Source: Leucoraja erinacea (lineage: Eukaryota). From it: a DNA stretch of 64,000 nucleotides. The position numbers and the translations under genes were made by a program. The DNA lies in the NCBI RefSeq assembly GCF_028641065.1, contig NC_073389.1, positions 28,210,001-28,274,000 on the forward strand, written 5' to 3'. The notes under the pieces are model-generated. The model saw only the letters and a list, made by a program, of their open reading frames with translations, made no database searches and was not told the DNA's origin. Shown one piece after another: positions 12,361-25,245 of this stretch (positions are counted from its first letter, which is position 1; each line of letters begins with the position of its first letter).

Positions 12361-13089
12361 CTGAGCAGTCTTTCACATTCATAATAAAAAAGAACGTTAT
12401 ATAGTGTAAGAGTTACAAGAGTGAACACATTAGGTAAAACACATTGTTTTAATCCAAAATATTTGCAATGCTAGAGGGTGTACAGATCTTTATAATGGCT
12501 GCAAGAAGCAAAACATATGAATCTACTCACCTAACACACCAAAAGGGTGTGGAAGAATTAACTGAATTATACAACATGAAGATGGGATTGGGAATTATCT
12601 GAATTATACAACATAAATCGGGAGAAACATGGTTTCCTTTCATGGGAGTTTTAGTAAACAGAGTACATAACACATAGAACATATTTATGAGGACATTGCC
12701 AGGACCTGTTTGTGCTGAACATGATGCCAAGTTAAACTAATCTCCTCAGCTGCATGTGGTCCACATCACTTTATTCCCTGCATATTTAAAGTGTCCAAAT
12801 GTCTCTTAAATGCCACCTTCATGCCTGCCTCCACTATCACCACTAATAGCCATTCCAGGCCTGTGTAAAATAACTTGGCCTGCTCATCTCTTAAATTTTT
12901 GTCCAATTACCTTAAATCTATGCCTTCTAGTCTTTCACATTTCCATCCAGGGAAAAATGTTCTGATTGTCTACCCTATCTATGCCTATCATAATTTTATA
13001 TTCTTCTATCAGGTCTCCCCTCACCCTCCAACACTCCAGCAAAAACAATACATGCACCTCCTCTAACTCATGCACCTAATCTACTGCAT

Positions 13090-13310
13090 CCCGGTGTTCC
13101 TGTACATTGGCAAGACCAAGTGTAGACTCAGCGACTGTTTCGCTGAATACATGCTCGGTCCGCCAAGGTCTATTGGATTTCCCAGGTGCTAACCATTTCA
13201 ACTTCTTCCCATACTGAGCTTATTGTCCTGGGCCTCCTCCATTGCCAGAGTGAGGCCACACACAAACTGGAGGAACAGCACCTCATATTTCACTTGGGTT
13301 GCTTACAACG
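13090..13310 (+). mobile_element. Penelope-like GIY-YIG fragment
   Basis: LYIGKTKCRLSDCFAE... and caaactggaggaacagcacctcatattt, matching 7010-7230. Confidence 0.7.
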
Positions 13311-14142
13311 CAAGGATGTATGGGTGAATGGATGATTGAGTGTGGGTATGTAAGTGGGTGAATGTTTATTGTGAGCGAGCTTGAGTGTGTGCGTTGTATG
13401 TTTTTTAGGTCAATGGAGATTGACAGATTATTGATTCGTGAGGGTGTCAAGGGTTATTGGAGAAGGCAGAAGAATGGGGTTGAGAAGGATAGATGAATCA
13501 GCTATGATTAAATGGTGTAGTAAACTTGATTGGCCGAATGGCCTACTTCTGCACCTGGAATTTATGAACTTATGCTGCCTGACCCGCCCAGATACTCCAG
13601 CATTTTATGTCTTTCTTTGTATAAACCAGCATCTGCAGTTCTCCATTCTTACACCATTCGCAATTCCCTGACTGGTGAAAGCCAGCATGCCAAAAGCCTT
13701 CTTCACCTGCTACCCGTCAGGTCACTATTAGGAAACTAAATTGAACTACAAGAACTGCAGATACTGGTTTACAAAAAAAAAACCCATTTGAAGCCCGAAG
13801 AAGGGTCTCGCCCCGAAACGTCACCCATTCCTTCTCTCCAGAGATGCTGCCTGTCCCGCTGAGTTACTCCAGCGTTTTGTGTCTATCATTGGAGTCCGCG
13901 GGGGGGGAGGGGCAACGTTTCAGGTCAGGACCATTCTTCGGACTGGTGCATCGTGCTACAAAGGCAAATCTCACTCAATTTACCTGCTGAACCGCCACAC
14001 ATTGCTCCTTATTTTACAGCATTGACCAGAAACTTACCTCGGCTTGATGCACTGCGCATGCTCCGGCGCTCCTGCTCTCTGGGAAGGTTCCCGTGTTCAC
14101 CCCCAAACTCCCAGCAGCCCCCGCGCTGCGCGGCGTTGCCAG

Positions 14143-14163
14143 CAAAGACCTCTAGGATCTTTG
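14143..14163. mobile_element. 21-bp TIR remnant (CAAAGA...GATCTTTG) flanked by 8-bp TSD gttgccag
   Basis: gttgccag-caaagacctctaggatctttg-gttgccag. Confidence 0.7.
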
Positions 14164-14224
14164 GTTGCCAGGGCGACGGGGCCGGGACACAGCGCCGGGT
14201 GCGACTCTGCATCACCCTGCTCAC

Positions 14225-14262
14225 CAAAGATCCTATAGCAGAGCTCTACTATAGGATCTTTG
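14225..14262. mobile_element. 38-bp palindromic TIR remnant flanked by 8-bp TSD ctgctcac
   Basis: ctgctcac-caaagatcctatagcagagctctactataggatctttg-ctgctcac. Confidence 0.8.
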
Positions 14263-14279
14263 CTGCTCACACTTCACCG

Positions 14280-14975
14280 GCCGGTGGGTGGGGGTGGGGG
14301 TGACTGAGAGATTGTTGTGTGTGTGGGTGGGTGTGATTGTGTGTGTGGGTGAGTGATTGTGTGTGTGTGTGGGTGTAATGTGTGTGTGTGTGGGTGAGTG
14401 ATTGTGTGTGTGGGTGGGTGTGGGTGTGATTGTGTGGTGGGGGTGAGTGATTGTGTGTGTGGGTGGGTGGGTGTGATTGTGTGTGGGTGGGGTGATGTGA
14501 TTGTGTGGGTGGGTGTGTTGTGTGTGTGTGTGTGTGTGTGGGTGGGAGTTGTTTGCGAGTGTGGGTGGGTGAGTGTGTGTGGGTGGGTGATTGTGTGTGT
14601 GTGTGTGTGGGTGGGTGGTTGTGTGNNNNNNNNNNNNNNNNNNNNNNNNNNNNNNNNNNNNNNNNNNNNNNNNNNNNNNNNNNNNNNNNNNNNNNNNNNN
14701 NNNNNNNNNNNNNNNNNNNNNNNNNNNNNNNNNNNNNNNNNNNNNNNNNNNNNNNNNTGTGTGGGTGTGGGTGGGTGGTTGTGTGTGTGGGTGGGTGTGA
14801 TTGTGTGTGTGGGGTGAGTGATTGTGTGTGTGGGTGGGTGTGATTGTGTGTGTGATTGTGTGTGTGGGTGTGATTGTGTGTGTGTGAGAGAGTTTGTGTG
14901 TGTGTGATTGTGTGTGGGTGTGTGGGTGTGTGGGTGTGATTGTGTGTGTGTGGGGGTGTGATTGTGTGTGTGTGT

Positions 14976-15038
<63 letters not shown>

Positions 15039-15890
15039 AGTGTGATTGTGTGTGTGGGTGAGAGTGTGATTGTGTGTGGGTGGGTGTGATTGTGTGGGTG
15101 GGGTGTGATTGTGTGTGTGTGTGTGTGTGTGGGTGTGTGTGTGTGGGGGTGTGTGTTTGTGGGTGAGTGTGTGATTGTGTGTGTGGGTGGGTGGGTGTAA
15201 TTGTGTGTGTGTGTGGGTGGGTGTGATTGTGTGTGGGTGGNNNNNNNNNNNNNNNNNNNNNNNNNNNNNNNNNNNNNNNNNNNNNNNNNNNNNNNNNNNN
15301 NNNNNNNNNNNNNNNNNNNNNNNNNNNNNNNNNNNNNNNNNNNNNNNNNNNNNNNNNNNNNNNNNNNNNNNNNNNNNNNNNNNNNNNNNNNNNNNNNNNN
15401 NNNNNNNNNNNNNNNNTGGGTGTGATTGTGTGTGTGGGTGTGTGTGTGATTGTGTGTGTGTGTGGGTGTGATTGTGAGAGAGTGTGGGTGTGATTGTGTG
15501 TGTGGGTGGGCGTGATTGTGTGTGTGGGTGGGTGTGATTGTGTGGGTGGGTGTGATTGTGTGTGTGTGGGTGTGATTGTGTGGGTGTGATTGTGTGTGTG
15601 GGTGGTGAGTGATTGGGTGTGTGGGTGGGGTGTGATTGTGTGTGTGGGTGAGTGATTGTGTGTGGGTGTGATTGTGTGTGTGTGGGTGGGTGTGATTGTG
15701 TGTGTTGGGTGGGTGTGATTGTGTGTGTGGGTGGGTNNNNNNNNNNNNNNNNNNNNNNNNNNNNNNNNNNNNNNNNNNNNNNNNNNNNNNNNNNNNNNNN
15801 NNNNNNNNNNNNNNNNNNNNNNNNNNNNNNNNNNNNNNNNNNNNNNNNNNNNNNNNNNNNNNNNNNNNNNNNNNNNNNNTGGGTGGGTGT
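14280..15890. repeat. GT-rich compound microsatellite/minisatellite (units like gtgtgattgtgtgtgtgggtgg) with three assembly gaps
   Basis: Directly visible. N runs at about 14626-14757, 15241-15416 and 15737-15879. Confidence 0.95.
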
Positions 15891-16267
15891 TCAGCGGTGG
15901 CAGATCGTGGGGAATGGCGGGTCACCAACTAAAACTGCCGCTGGTCACTCAGCACCAAAGATCCTGTGGCCTGTCCCGGGGAGCCCGGCGGTAGGATGAA
16001 GCACAAGCCCAATGCCGCCGTCTTCCTGTCTACTTCAGAATTCCAAAAGTGAGGAGAAATGACGGTAGATAGAAGCGAGAGCTGAAGGGACAACAACAGC
16101 TAAAGTGCTTGGCGAACATTGGCCGTTTGCTCACTGCATTTCATTAACAGTAAGGCATTATTTGTGTTTTTTGGAACTTGATTCCATTGGCATCTAAAAA
16201 GTTTCAGAAGTGATAAATCTGGCTATAAAATTTTAAAATCCCCCATGGTTCTCAAGTGGGGTTTTAC

Positions 16268-16481
16268 ATTTGGCCAGTTCATTGCTATATTTGGCCAGTT
16301 CATTGGCTATATTTAAGAGGGAGTTAGATGTGGCCCTTGTGGCTAAGGGGATCAGGGGGTATGGAGAGAAGGCAGGTACGGGATACTGAGTTGGATGATC
16401 AGCCATGATCATATTGAATGGCGGTGCAGGCTCGAAGGGCTGAATGGCCTACTCCTGCACCTAATTTCTATGTTTCTATGT
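16268..16481 (+). mobile_element. Short CR1 3'-end insertion
   Basis: gccagttcattggctatatttaagagggagttagatgtggccc...gaatggcctactcctgcacct...(ttctatgt)2. Same subfamily as the 30473 copy; ttacat occurs on both flanks. Confidence 0.8.
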
Positions 16482-17044
16482 TACATACAAAAAGAAAACG
16501 CCTCTGAAGCAAAATTTACAGCCAGATTTATCACCTCTGAGACTTTTTAGAGACGGTAATCAAAGAAGGGTATAACATTGAATTCTTCAATTTTAGGTAG
16601 TTATAAGTTAAAACATGTGATCCCATGCAATCTAATCTTCCAGAACAGCGTAGTATATGGAACCTTATCAAAGGCCTTGCTCTGCTCTCATCAACCACTG
16701 TGGCTACTTCATTAAAGACCTCAATCAAATTTGTGAAATACAATCTTCAAGATACAAAACCATGCTAACTATTCATAATTAACTCGTGTTCTTTTTCCAA
16801 GTGCATGCATATCTTATCTCAGGATTCCCTCCAGTAATGTTCCTACCACCGATGTCAGGATTACTAGTCTACAGCTCCCAGGTTTTTCATTGTAACCCTT
16901 CTTAAATAGAAGCATAACATTAGCCATCCTCCAATCTTCCTACACTTCACCCATGTCTAAGATAATTCATATATCTAAGCCAGGACTCCTGCAATTTCTT
17001 CCAGCTTCCCATCGTATCCTTGGATATATTTAATCAGACCCTGT

Positions 17045-17330
17045 TACTTTACTTTAGACTTTACTTTAGAGATACAGCATGGAAACAGGCCCTTTGGCCC
17101 ACCGAGTCCACGTCGACTAGCGATCACCCCCTACACTAGCACTATCCTACACACTAGGAACAATTTACAGTTTTACAGAGGACAATTAACCTATAAATCT
17201 ATGTCTGTGTGGGAGGAAACTGGAGCATCCGGAGAAAACCCACGGAATCACATGGATAATGTACAAACACCAAACAGACAGCACCCTTAGTCAGGATTGA
17301 ACCCAGGTCTCTGGCGCTATAAGGCAGCAA
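17045..17330 (-). mobile_element. tRNA-derived V-SINE (HE1-like, shark/ray type)
   Basis: Reverse complement of the element at 21081, with (agttt)-like tail, ggaaacaggcc, gtgggaggaaac core and gaacccaggtctctggcgc B-box region. Confidence 0.75.
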
Positions 17331-18449
17331 ACTAAACAGTATAACATGCAGGTACATTCATTTAAAATAAAATTCAGTGATTATTTCACATGATTTCTCA
17401 CTGTGTAAAGCTCAGTATCTGACCAATCTCTGTTTAACACGTTTGGTCTGCCTTGGGCATTGACTGAACTAAAAACCTAAATCAGGCTCAATTGTATCGT
17501 CACATTGGATTCAGTAAACTCACACATCTCTGCATTCAGGAGGCTGCCGTGATTGGAATCACGGGCTCTGAGACCAGAGTGGGTAAAGCGACCTGCGATC
17601 AATACCTAAGATGATAGCTCTTCTCAATTAAAAAAAAATTGAAACTTTTCACTCTAACCATGATGGCTAGAGCTTATTGCAAGGTGATCTAGGATCTCGC
17701 TAAGTAAATATTGTCATAACGCTCAGTTGAGGTCAAATGAAGAAGATATTCATTACATTGTTCAGTGGAGCCCATGGACGTGTCACTGAAAGCAGTGAAG
17801 AAAGCAATCTCCACACTTCATGTCCCCGTGTTTAATGAAGTGACTTTTAAATTACTTGAAATAACAGTTGATTTCTCTTTGTAACAAATGTCAACCGTGC
17901 TTCTAATGAAAGAGAAATCAATACACTTCTTTCTCTAACATTCCGTAATTCAGTTGACTTTTATTTTAAGTGGAAGACGCAAACATTGTCAGCTCCACCT
18001 GGCCTTCACCCAGAGTGACTGGGGAGTCCACAGTTGTGACAGGGGCCACAGTTTAAGAATAAAGGGGTAGGCCATTTAGGACTGAAATGAGGAAAAACCT
18101 TTTCACCCAGAGAGTTGTGAATCTGTGCAATTCTCTGCCACAGAAGACAGTGGAGGCCAATTCACTGGGTGTTATCAAGAGAGATTTAGCTCTTAGGGCT
18201 AACGTAATCAAGGGGAGAAAGCATGAACGGGGATACTGATTTTAGATGATCAGCCATGATCATATTGAATGGAAGTGCTGGCTTGATGGGCCGAATGGCC
18301 TCCTCCGGCACCTATTTTCTATGTTTCTGTTTCTATGACTGGTAGAAATGCATGCTCCATTCTTGAAGGTATCTCGTGCGGGATTTGAAATCCCCGTCAA
18401 GTCATAACGTGCCAATAAAGATGCTCTGCTTTCTTTCCATAGATTATCT

Positions 18450-18750
18450 GTTTTAGTTTAATGATACAGCACAGAAACAGGCCCTTCAGCCCACAGAGTC
18501 TGCACCGACCAACAATCCCTGCACACAAATACTATCCCACACACACTAGTGACAATTTACATTTGTACCAAGCCACATAACCTACAACCTGTACGTCTTT
18601 GGATAGTGGGAGGAAAGTGAAGATCTCGGAGAAAACCAATGCATGTCACAGGAAGAACGTATAAACTCCCTACAAACAACACCGGTCATCAGGAAGGAAC
18701 CGGGGTCTCTGGCGCTGTGAGGCAGCGACTCTACCGCTGCGCCATCGTAC
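18450..18750 (-). mobile_element. HE1-like V-SINE
   Basis: Same head, core and tail structure as the other copies. Confidence 0.75.
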
Positions 18751-18909
18751 TGCGAAGGTATCTCGTGCGAGATTTGAAATCCCCGTCAAGTCTTAATGAA
18801 CCAATAAAGATGCTCTGCGTTCTTTCCATAGATTATCTTAGTTGAGAGATACAGCGCGGAAACAGGCACTTCGGCCCACCGAGTCCGCACCGACCCCTGC
18901 ACACTAACG

Positions 18910-19200
18910 GGAGCCCCATGAATTTTATCCAAAGGAACGCGGCGTCATTAATACTTGGTCAAAACACAATTACATTTACTGAGGAATGTGGATCGATGCA
19001 TCGATGACACATTGTATAACTACTTGTTAACTACTGGCTGTTAACAAGTGCTAACAGTAGTAGTTAACAAATCATTTTTGTCTGATGGCCGGTCCAGTGG
19101 TTTTTATCCATGTTTGTTTAAAAAAAACGAGGCAAATTCGTATTTCTGTATGAAATACGGAAAATTAGCGCGGGGCCCAATCGGCTGAAGGCCGGCCCTG
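18910..19200. mobile_element. Probable hAT-type non-autonomous DNA transposon fragment
   Basis: Ends ...gaaggccggccctg (CAGGGCCGGC-type TIR) and has an internal inverted repeat ttgttaactact/agtagttaacaa. Confidence 0.4.
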
Positions 19201-21080
19201 CCCATGAGTATTCACTTGATGTTGTTAGTGAAATAAATATGTTGTGCATAGCATTGGAGGGGTCGGATTTGGTTCATTCTGTGGTAGGAATTCTGAATCG
19301 GGTATGTGAGTTACAGCTATACAGCAGAATCTTGTGCACAAAACTAACGACTGGTGTTTTAGTACAGCGAAATTCTGCACTGACATGGACTAAAGTAATG
19401 CCATGGTTGTAAAACAATCATAGCACTGGAAAAGAGGTCAAGAGATGCTGTGATTTACAATTGGAAATAATAATGTTTGAAAAACGCCATGGGGCTTGTC
19501 TAAACTGGCTACTCTTTATTCTTCTTACTCTGTTAAAAATTTGATGGTAGTGACATGCAAGAGGCTTTTTGATAGGCACATGGATATGCAGGAAATGGGC
19601 ATGGATCATGTGCAGGCAGAGGATATTAGTTTAACTTGGCATCATGTTCGGCATGGACCTTGTGGTTCTACAACTGAACATAAATTTCAATATTATTGAT
19701 CTTGCTGTGCATGTGGTCTTGCACTGTGATTTTGCACTGCCTGTTTCCTTATGCTGAGAGCATTTAAAATTATAATCCTGCAGTTAAGAATTAGAATAAT
19801 GTCCTGGGATACTCATCTTGTAAATGAACGTTTCAGCTTTCTATTTTATTACAAAATCATGAGGAGCATAGATAAAGTTATCAACCATAATCTTTCCTTA
19901 AGGATAGGCAAGTCTAAAATTAAAGGGCATAGGTGAGAGTGAAAAGATTTAAAAAGGACTTGAGGGGCTACCTTTCACACAGAGTCTTTTAAATGTCATA
20001 GTTGTACTTGTCTCTACTACTTCCTCTGGCAGCTCATTCCATATACAAATTGGCAGGCATACACTAGAACTATAGAATGCTGAGATAATTTATGTAACAT
20101 GTCATCATAGTTTAAATTGTAGTATTAAAATCTTAAATATTTTAATAGATTGGGTACAGTTACCTTGTGGAGGGTTAAGAATAAGGGGGACAAAGCTTTA
20201 AAATTAAAACTAGACTGTTTACAGCGGAATCTACAAAGTATTTTCTCTTTACTCAGAGAGTGGTAGCGGTGTGGAATGAACTTCCAGTGGAAGTGGTGGA
20301 GGCAGGTTCGTTGGTATCATTTAAAAATAATTTGGATAGGCATATGGATGAGAAGGGAATGGAGGGTTATGGTATGAGTGCAGGCAGGTGGGACTAAGGG
20401 AAAAAATGTTGTTCGGCATGGACTTGTAGGGCCGAGATGGCCTGTTTCCGTGCTGTAATTGTTATATGGTTATATGGTTATTTTCTGCACCTGATAGCAG
20501 AATTTTGAAATTTCTCTTCTGTTCTTTTCAAAAAGAAAAATTGATGCAAAATTGGAAAATTCCTTAATGTTCCTCAAGAGCCTCAGTGCCACCTCCTTCT
20601 TCATCTCAAACTGCCTTGGCATATTTGTATTCTCCACACCGATCTCGCTGTCTTCCAAGTCCTTCGCCTCGGAGAATACAGATGCAAAATACTTGTTTAG
20701 TATCTCGCCCACATCTTCTGACTCCAAACATCCAGACCTGTCCCTATTCAAAATAATCTTAAAATGAATGGTGCATGACCTGGTGAGACTCCAATACTTT
20801 GTGTCTTTTTTAAACGTGGAGTTGTGATCAATATCGGCAAATTCTTCTTCCACCGCAACACAAGTCACCTGGCAAGGCTTGTTTCACACCACAAGGTCCC
20901 TCCTTAAGTTGGTCTACCCACATACTGTTTCAGGCAATCTCTTTGGAAACACTTAACAAATTCTTCCTCCGTATTATCCACTTGTCCTGAGTAAGATCCT
21001 GTAAATATTGGGGAAGTTAGTCACCCACGTCAACAACCCTGTGGTTCTTGCATTGCCTTAGATGTCTCTCTGACCCCTTA

Positions 21081-21382
21081 GGGCGGCAGGCTGGCACAGT
21101 TGTAGAGTTGCTGACTTACAATGCCAGAGACCCGGGTTCGATCCTAACCAAGGCTGCTCTTTGTACAGAGTTTGTATGTTCTCCCCCTGACCTGTGTGGG
21201 TTTTCTCCGGGAGCTTCAGTTTCCTCCCACACTCCAAAGCCGTACAGGTTTGGATATTAATTGTCTTGGTAAAATTGTAAATTGTTCCTAGTGGATGTAG
21301 GATAGTGTGTGGGGAGATTGCTGGTCAGTGCCGATTAGGTGGGCCGAAGGGCCTGTTTCCATGCTCTAAACTAAACTAAAAC
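21081..21382 (+). mobile_element. HE1-like V-SINE, full length
   Basis: tRNA-like head ggcggcaggctggcacagttgtagag...gggttcgatcc (A/B boxes), central core, CR1-like 3' ggccgaagggcctgtttcc and (taaac)n tail. Confidence 0.8.
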
Positions 21383-23149
21383 TATCTCCAAGCTAAACTG
21401 GCTGGCAGGTCAGGAGAGGTCAATCCTCATCAATATTAGTAACAGCTGGGTCCTATTATTGCTTGGCCACTTGAACCTTGTCATCTACTCCCTCTAAAAG
21501 CCCAGCATTCTCACCAGAGAAGGGAGGGGGATGAGATAAGGAGGAAGGAGACGCTCCCGATTCGCAGGTTCGAAGAAGATTGAGCTGCTGGGGAAATAAC
21601 TCAAGACCACCAGCACCACCATGTGGTCAAGACTTGAAAGGCTGGGAAATAAGCCATGGAGACGCTGGGAAAGAACCTCTACCTGAGGCTAAGAGGAGCA
21701 TGGGCAAGCCTCATATCCCAGAACCTCTTCTTCATTACAGACACCAAGGGACAGCGTCCACACACACAGTCATAGACTGGCCGCCAGGATAATCCAGAGA
21801 CTGCCAGTCTCTTCAAGCTCAAAGCTGAGCCACCAGGAAGAAATCAATAATGTCAATACCTCCCATCAAAGCAAGGGTAAACTGCAGGAAGAAGTCTGGG
21901 TCACCATGCCTCCTCCTTCAAAGACCAGGACCAAGATGCTGGAACAAGCCCGAGATGGCTAGTCATCACATGTGCTCTGACAGTGAGGGACAGTGCCCCC
22001 ATGTGGTCCTAGACTTTCTTACCACTGTATGTAGAGTAAATTATGTAAGTTCACCTTACTGTGAGTGTCGGTGTGGTCACTGCTGTACCTGCGTCATCCC
22101 CAATGCCACAGCATCCTACCGTAATCTGTCTACATATCTGATACTCTATCTCCCCCTGGCTATTGAGTGGCCTGTAATATAATCCCATTAGAACAATTGA
22201 ACCTTTCTAATTTTTTTAGCTCAACCCACAATGCCGCAGTATATGTACCCTCCGAGTATCGCCGTGACATTCTCCCTGATTAGCAAAGCAACTCCTCCAC
22301 CTCTTTTACCTCCCTCTCCATCTCATCTGAAACATCGAAACCCAGGCTGCCAGTCCTGTCCCTCTCAAAACTAAGTTTCCGTAATGGCCATAAAATTATA
22401 ATTCCTAGAATGATCCAGGCTTCATCAGCTTTATCCACAATACACCTTGCATTAAAGTAAACACACTTCAGCTGTTCATTATCCCCATGTTCATGAACCT
22501 CTCCCTGCCTGTCCTTGCTTTGATAATGAAATCAGTCTTGATCTTATTAAATGGTGGGGCAGGCTTGAGCTGAGTGGTTTACTTCTGTTCCTAATTCGTA
22601 TGTAACCCATTTGCTTTCCCTTACAGTCACTTAATTACGAGCTGACCTGCTTTGCCATTTTAGCTAGTTGCAAACAAAAACAAATGTGTATAGTCGTTAT
22701 GACTCTTCTGAGCCATTCAGCAAAACTGGCGGATCTCAATTTCAACACTACTTTCCTACATGCTCCATAACCCTTGTCACAGCTAAACAACAACAATCTA
22801 TTTTTATCTTGTGATTTGGATTTCACAAGCGTCAGTGTAGAGAATTACAAACATTTTATGACAGCCAAATTCCTCCTTGTCTGTGTGATCTGCTCCATAG
22901 AAGTACACAACTTGAACAGTAATATTTCTAACCATAATCAGCAGGGAAGGGTCTGTCCCCCCAACTATGCACACGTTGGAAGGAATGAGATGGCCATCTC
23001 ATATTTACCCCAGAACTGTACAGCCTGCAGTCCTGACACAACAAACAGGACTTCAGTGAGTCTACCATGCACTGATCAGTCTTGGAACAGTACCCACAGC
23101 CACTGCTTTAATTTGAATGCTTCCCATGTGCTGAACATGATATGTACTG

Positions 23150-23690
23150 GTATTGATATTGATATGCCATTTATTGTCACTATACATGTACAGTGAAACT
23201 GAAAGCTGCTCGTACTCAGTGCATACATACAATTTAGCACAAAAAACAAGAAACAGAAAAACAAAAACAGAAGGGAGAAGGGGGGGGGGGGGGGGGGGGA
23301 TTGGTGCACAATTCTGCGGCGCTACATACATATATACATATATACAGATGGAAGTCCGGGTGTTGGGCAGTGAAGTCAGTGCATGTGTGAATTTGAATTA
23401 AGAGTAGTTATAATTCTCGGAAAGCAACTATTTCTGAGTCTATTTGTCCTGGATTTGATGCACCTATAGCGCCTTCCAGAGGGCAGCAGGTCGAACAGTC
23501 CAAACGCAGGATGGGAGCTGTCTTTGATGATCTTCTTTGCCCTGCTAAGGCAGCGGGAGGTGTAGATATCCATCAGGGAGGGGAGAGGGCAACCAATGAT
23601 CTTCTGCGCTGTCCTAGTTACCCTCTGAAGCCTCTCCCTGTCTGCCATGGTGCAGCTGCCATACCATGCTGTAATGCAGTATGTCAGCAG
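23150..23690 (-). mobile_element. Rex1/Babar-type LINE 3' end
   Basis: LTYCITAWYGSC...LQRVTRTAQKIIGCPLPSL...SHPAFGLFDLLPSGRRYR...RLRNSCFP, with a (atatca)n tail. Confidence 0.75.
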
Positions 23691-24009
23691 GACCATTTGG
23701 ATTCACACTTGACGTTCCAATTCAAACAATTTTGATATACCAGAATCTTGTGCCACCGCCTACAGAAAGAGCTTGTATCATCTGGTCCAATTTCCAATTA
23801 GCCCCATTCTAATGGTGCACAAAGGAGCATCTTTACATGTGGACATTGAACTTCAGATGCTTGAAATTTAGAAGAAAACAAGAAATGTTCCGCATGTCGG
23901 TCAGCATCTAAGGAAAAAGGAACAGCATTCATGTTTCAGGTCTGGGATCGCCTGAAGAAGGGTTATTAACTTGAAAAGTTACCTTTCTCTACAAGATGCT
24001 GTACAATCT

Positions 24010-24360
24010 GCTGTGCCGCGATTCAGCATGGCCCTTGGCGCGTAATCCTTCATCTTGGAATGTGTCGTCTGCAACTCCTTACGCTTGAAGAACAGCATAT
24101 TTCCTACAGACTAAAGTGCCTCTTTCACTAAGATGAATATCCAGCAATGATGAATGTGTGTCTTGGTATATGTTCCTGGAAGGATTCGTGGAGCACAAAG
24201 ATACAGGATACTTAACGGCTCAGGATCTACATCAAGAAACACCATTTCATCCCTTTTCAAACCTTCTTGGCATACACACAGTCTAGATGGAATGGGTGAC
24301 TGTTGCAAATGAAAACATTTCACTCCAAGTCACTCGGGGGGTGCACTGCACTGAATATCC
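24010..24360 (-). mobile_element. Degraded L1/Tx1-type LINE C-terminal fragment
   Basis: LPGTYTKTHIHHCWIFILVKEAL*SVGNMLFFKRKEL...HSKMKDYA resembles, from memory, the ORF2 end of Tx1-clade elements; contains stops. Confidence 0.5.
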
Positions 24361-24846
24361 TGCAGGAAAATGCACAGTCAGAGACTAAGAGCATGGAAAC
24401 TTACCATAGGTCCGGGAAGACTTTCATGAAGCACTCATTTTTGCACTAATTCTATCCATTTCATACTTCACACATTTTCATGGACTTCCCCCTGCACCCT
24501 ACCCCCCTTCCCCTTATTCGATCACTGGGGCAATTTACAGTGCCTAACAACCTACCACCTTGCACGTCTTTGGACTGTTATAGAAAACCAGAGCACCTAG
24601 GAAATACTGCACAGTCACAGTAAGAACATGCAGACTCCACAAAGAGAGGACTCAAACCCAGGTTGCTGGACCTGTTAGGCTGTAGCAAGTGGCTGTAGCT
24701 CTGTCCTGAACAAAACTGATACATTCTGCCCAATGATTCCTCAAGTAGACTGTCAAAGAAGAAAAATGATGGATGTTGTGAAGCGTAGCCCAATTACTGC
24801 ACAGTCTGGGATCACCATCAACAACTCTGCAGATGGGAGATTTTAG

Positions 24847-25245
24847 CAAAGATCCTATAGCGGAGCAAGATAGGCCACTCCTGCTAAATGCAATGGGCTG
24901 ACGTGTAGTACGCAACGGTGCGGAACGTGGGCCTTTTTTTCATCCATTTCAGTAATCCTACCCGACTTGTAGTGTAATCAACGTTGCGGGGAAACAGTTT
25001 GTGTTAATAAATTATAATTCTGAAAATGAGGAGAAGATTTTTACCGAATAACTTTTATTTTTATGAGGATATTTCCGTAACCGGCTTCCGTCTCTGCACT
25101 AGTATCTTTGCTCCGCTATGGGACATTTGGTGCAGAGACGGAAGCCGGTTGCGGAAATGGGGCCAAAAGTTACCCTTAAATCTGCCCATGACCGTACTAC
25201 GTCTTTTTCGCCGAGTGATCTATCTTGCTTGCTCGAGGATCTTTG
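24847..25245. mobile_element. 399-bp MITE with CAAAGATCCT TIRs and perfect 8-bp TSD (gattttag); P-element- or hAT-type
   Basis: gattttag-caaagatcctatagcggagcaagatag ... ctatcttgcttgctcgaggatctttg-gattttag. Internal inverted repeat accggcttccgtctctgcac/gtgcagagacggaagccggt. Confidence 0.85.

Larger units (their letters stand above)
13984..14270 (-). promoter_or_regulatory. Probable MTRF1 CpG-rich promoter and non-coding first exon
   Basis: Local CpG-rich patch. Candidate minus-strand donors gag|gtaagt (exon end 14038) and cag|gtaaat (exon end 13984). An NRF1-like motif TGCGCATGCTCC at 14053-14064 fits a nuclear-encoded mitochondrial gene. Confidence 0.6.

Noticed and set aside
14267-15928. 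553-aa His/Thr/Pro ORF and overlapping Val/Cys/Gly ORFs
   Set aside because: Translation of a GT microsatellite bridged by N gaps.
17670-17785. Possible minus-strand terminal exon after acceptor ctttcttcactgctttcag
   Set aside because: Only short frames, no recognisable homology and no clear polyA signal; insufficient support.
21081-21150. tRNA gene (A/B boxes)
   Set aside because: It is the head of a multi-copy SINE that continues into core and tail; no proper cloverleaf is seen.
24111-24360. Apparent minus-strand exon with a good acceptor (ttttcctgcag)
   Set aside because: All three frames stop soon after the acceptor, and the sequence resembles a decayed Tx1 LINE.
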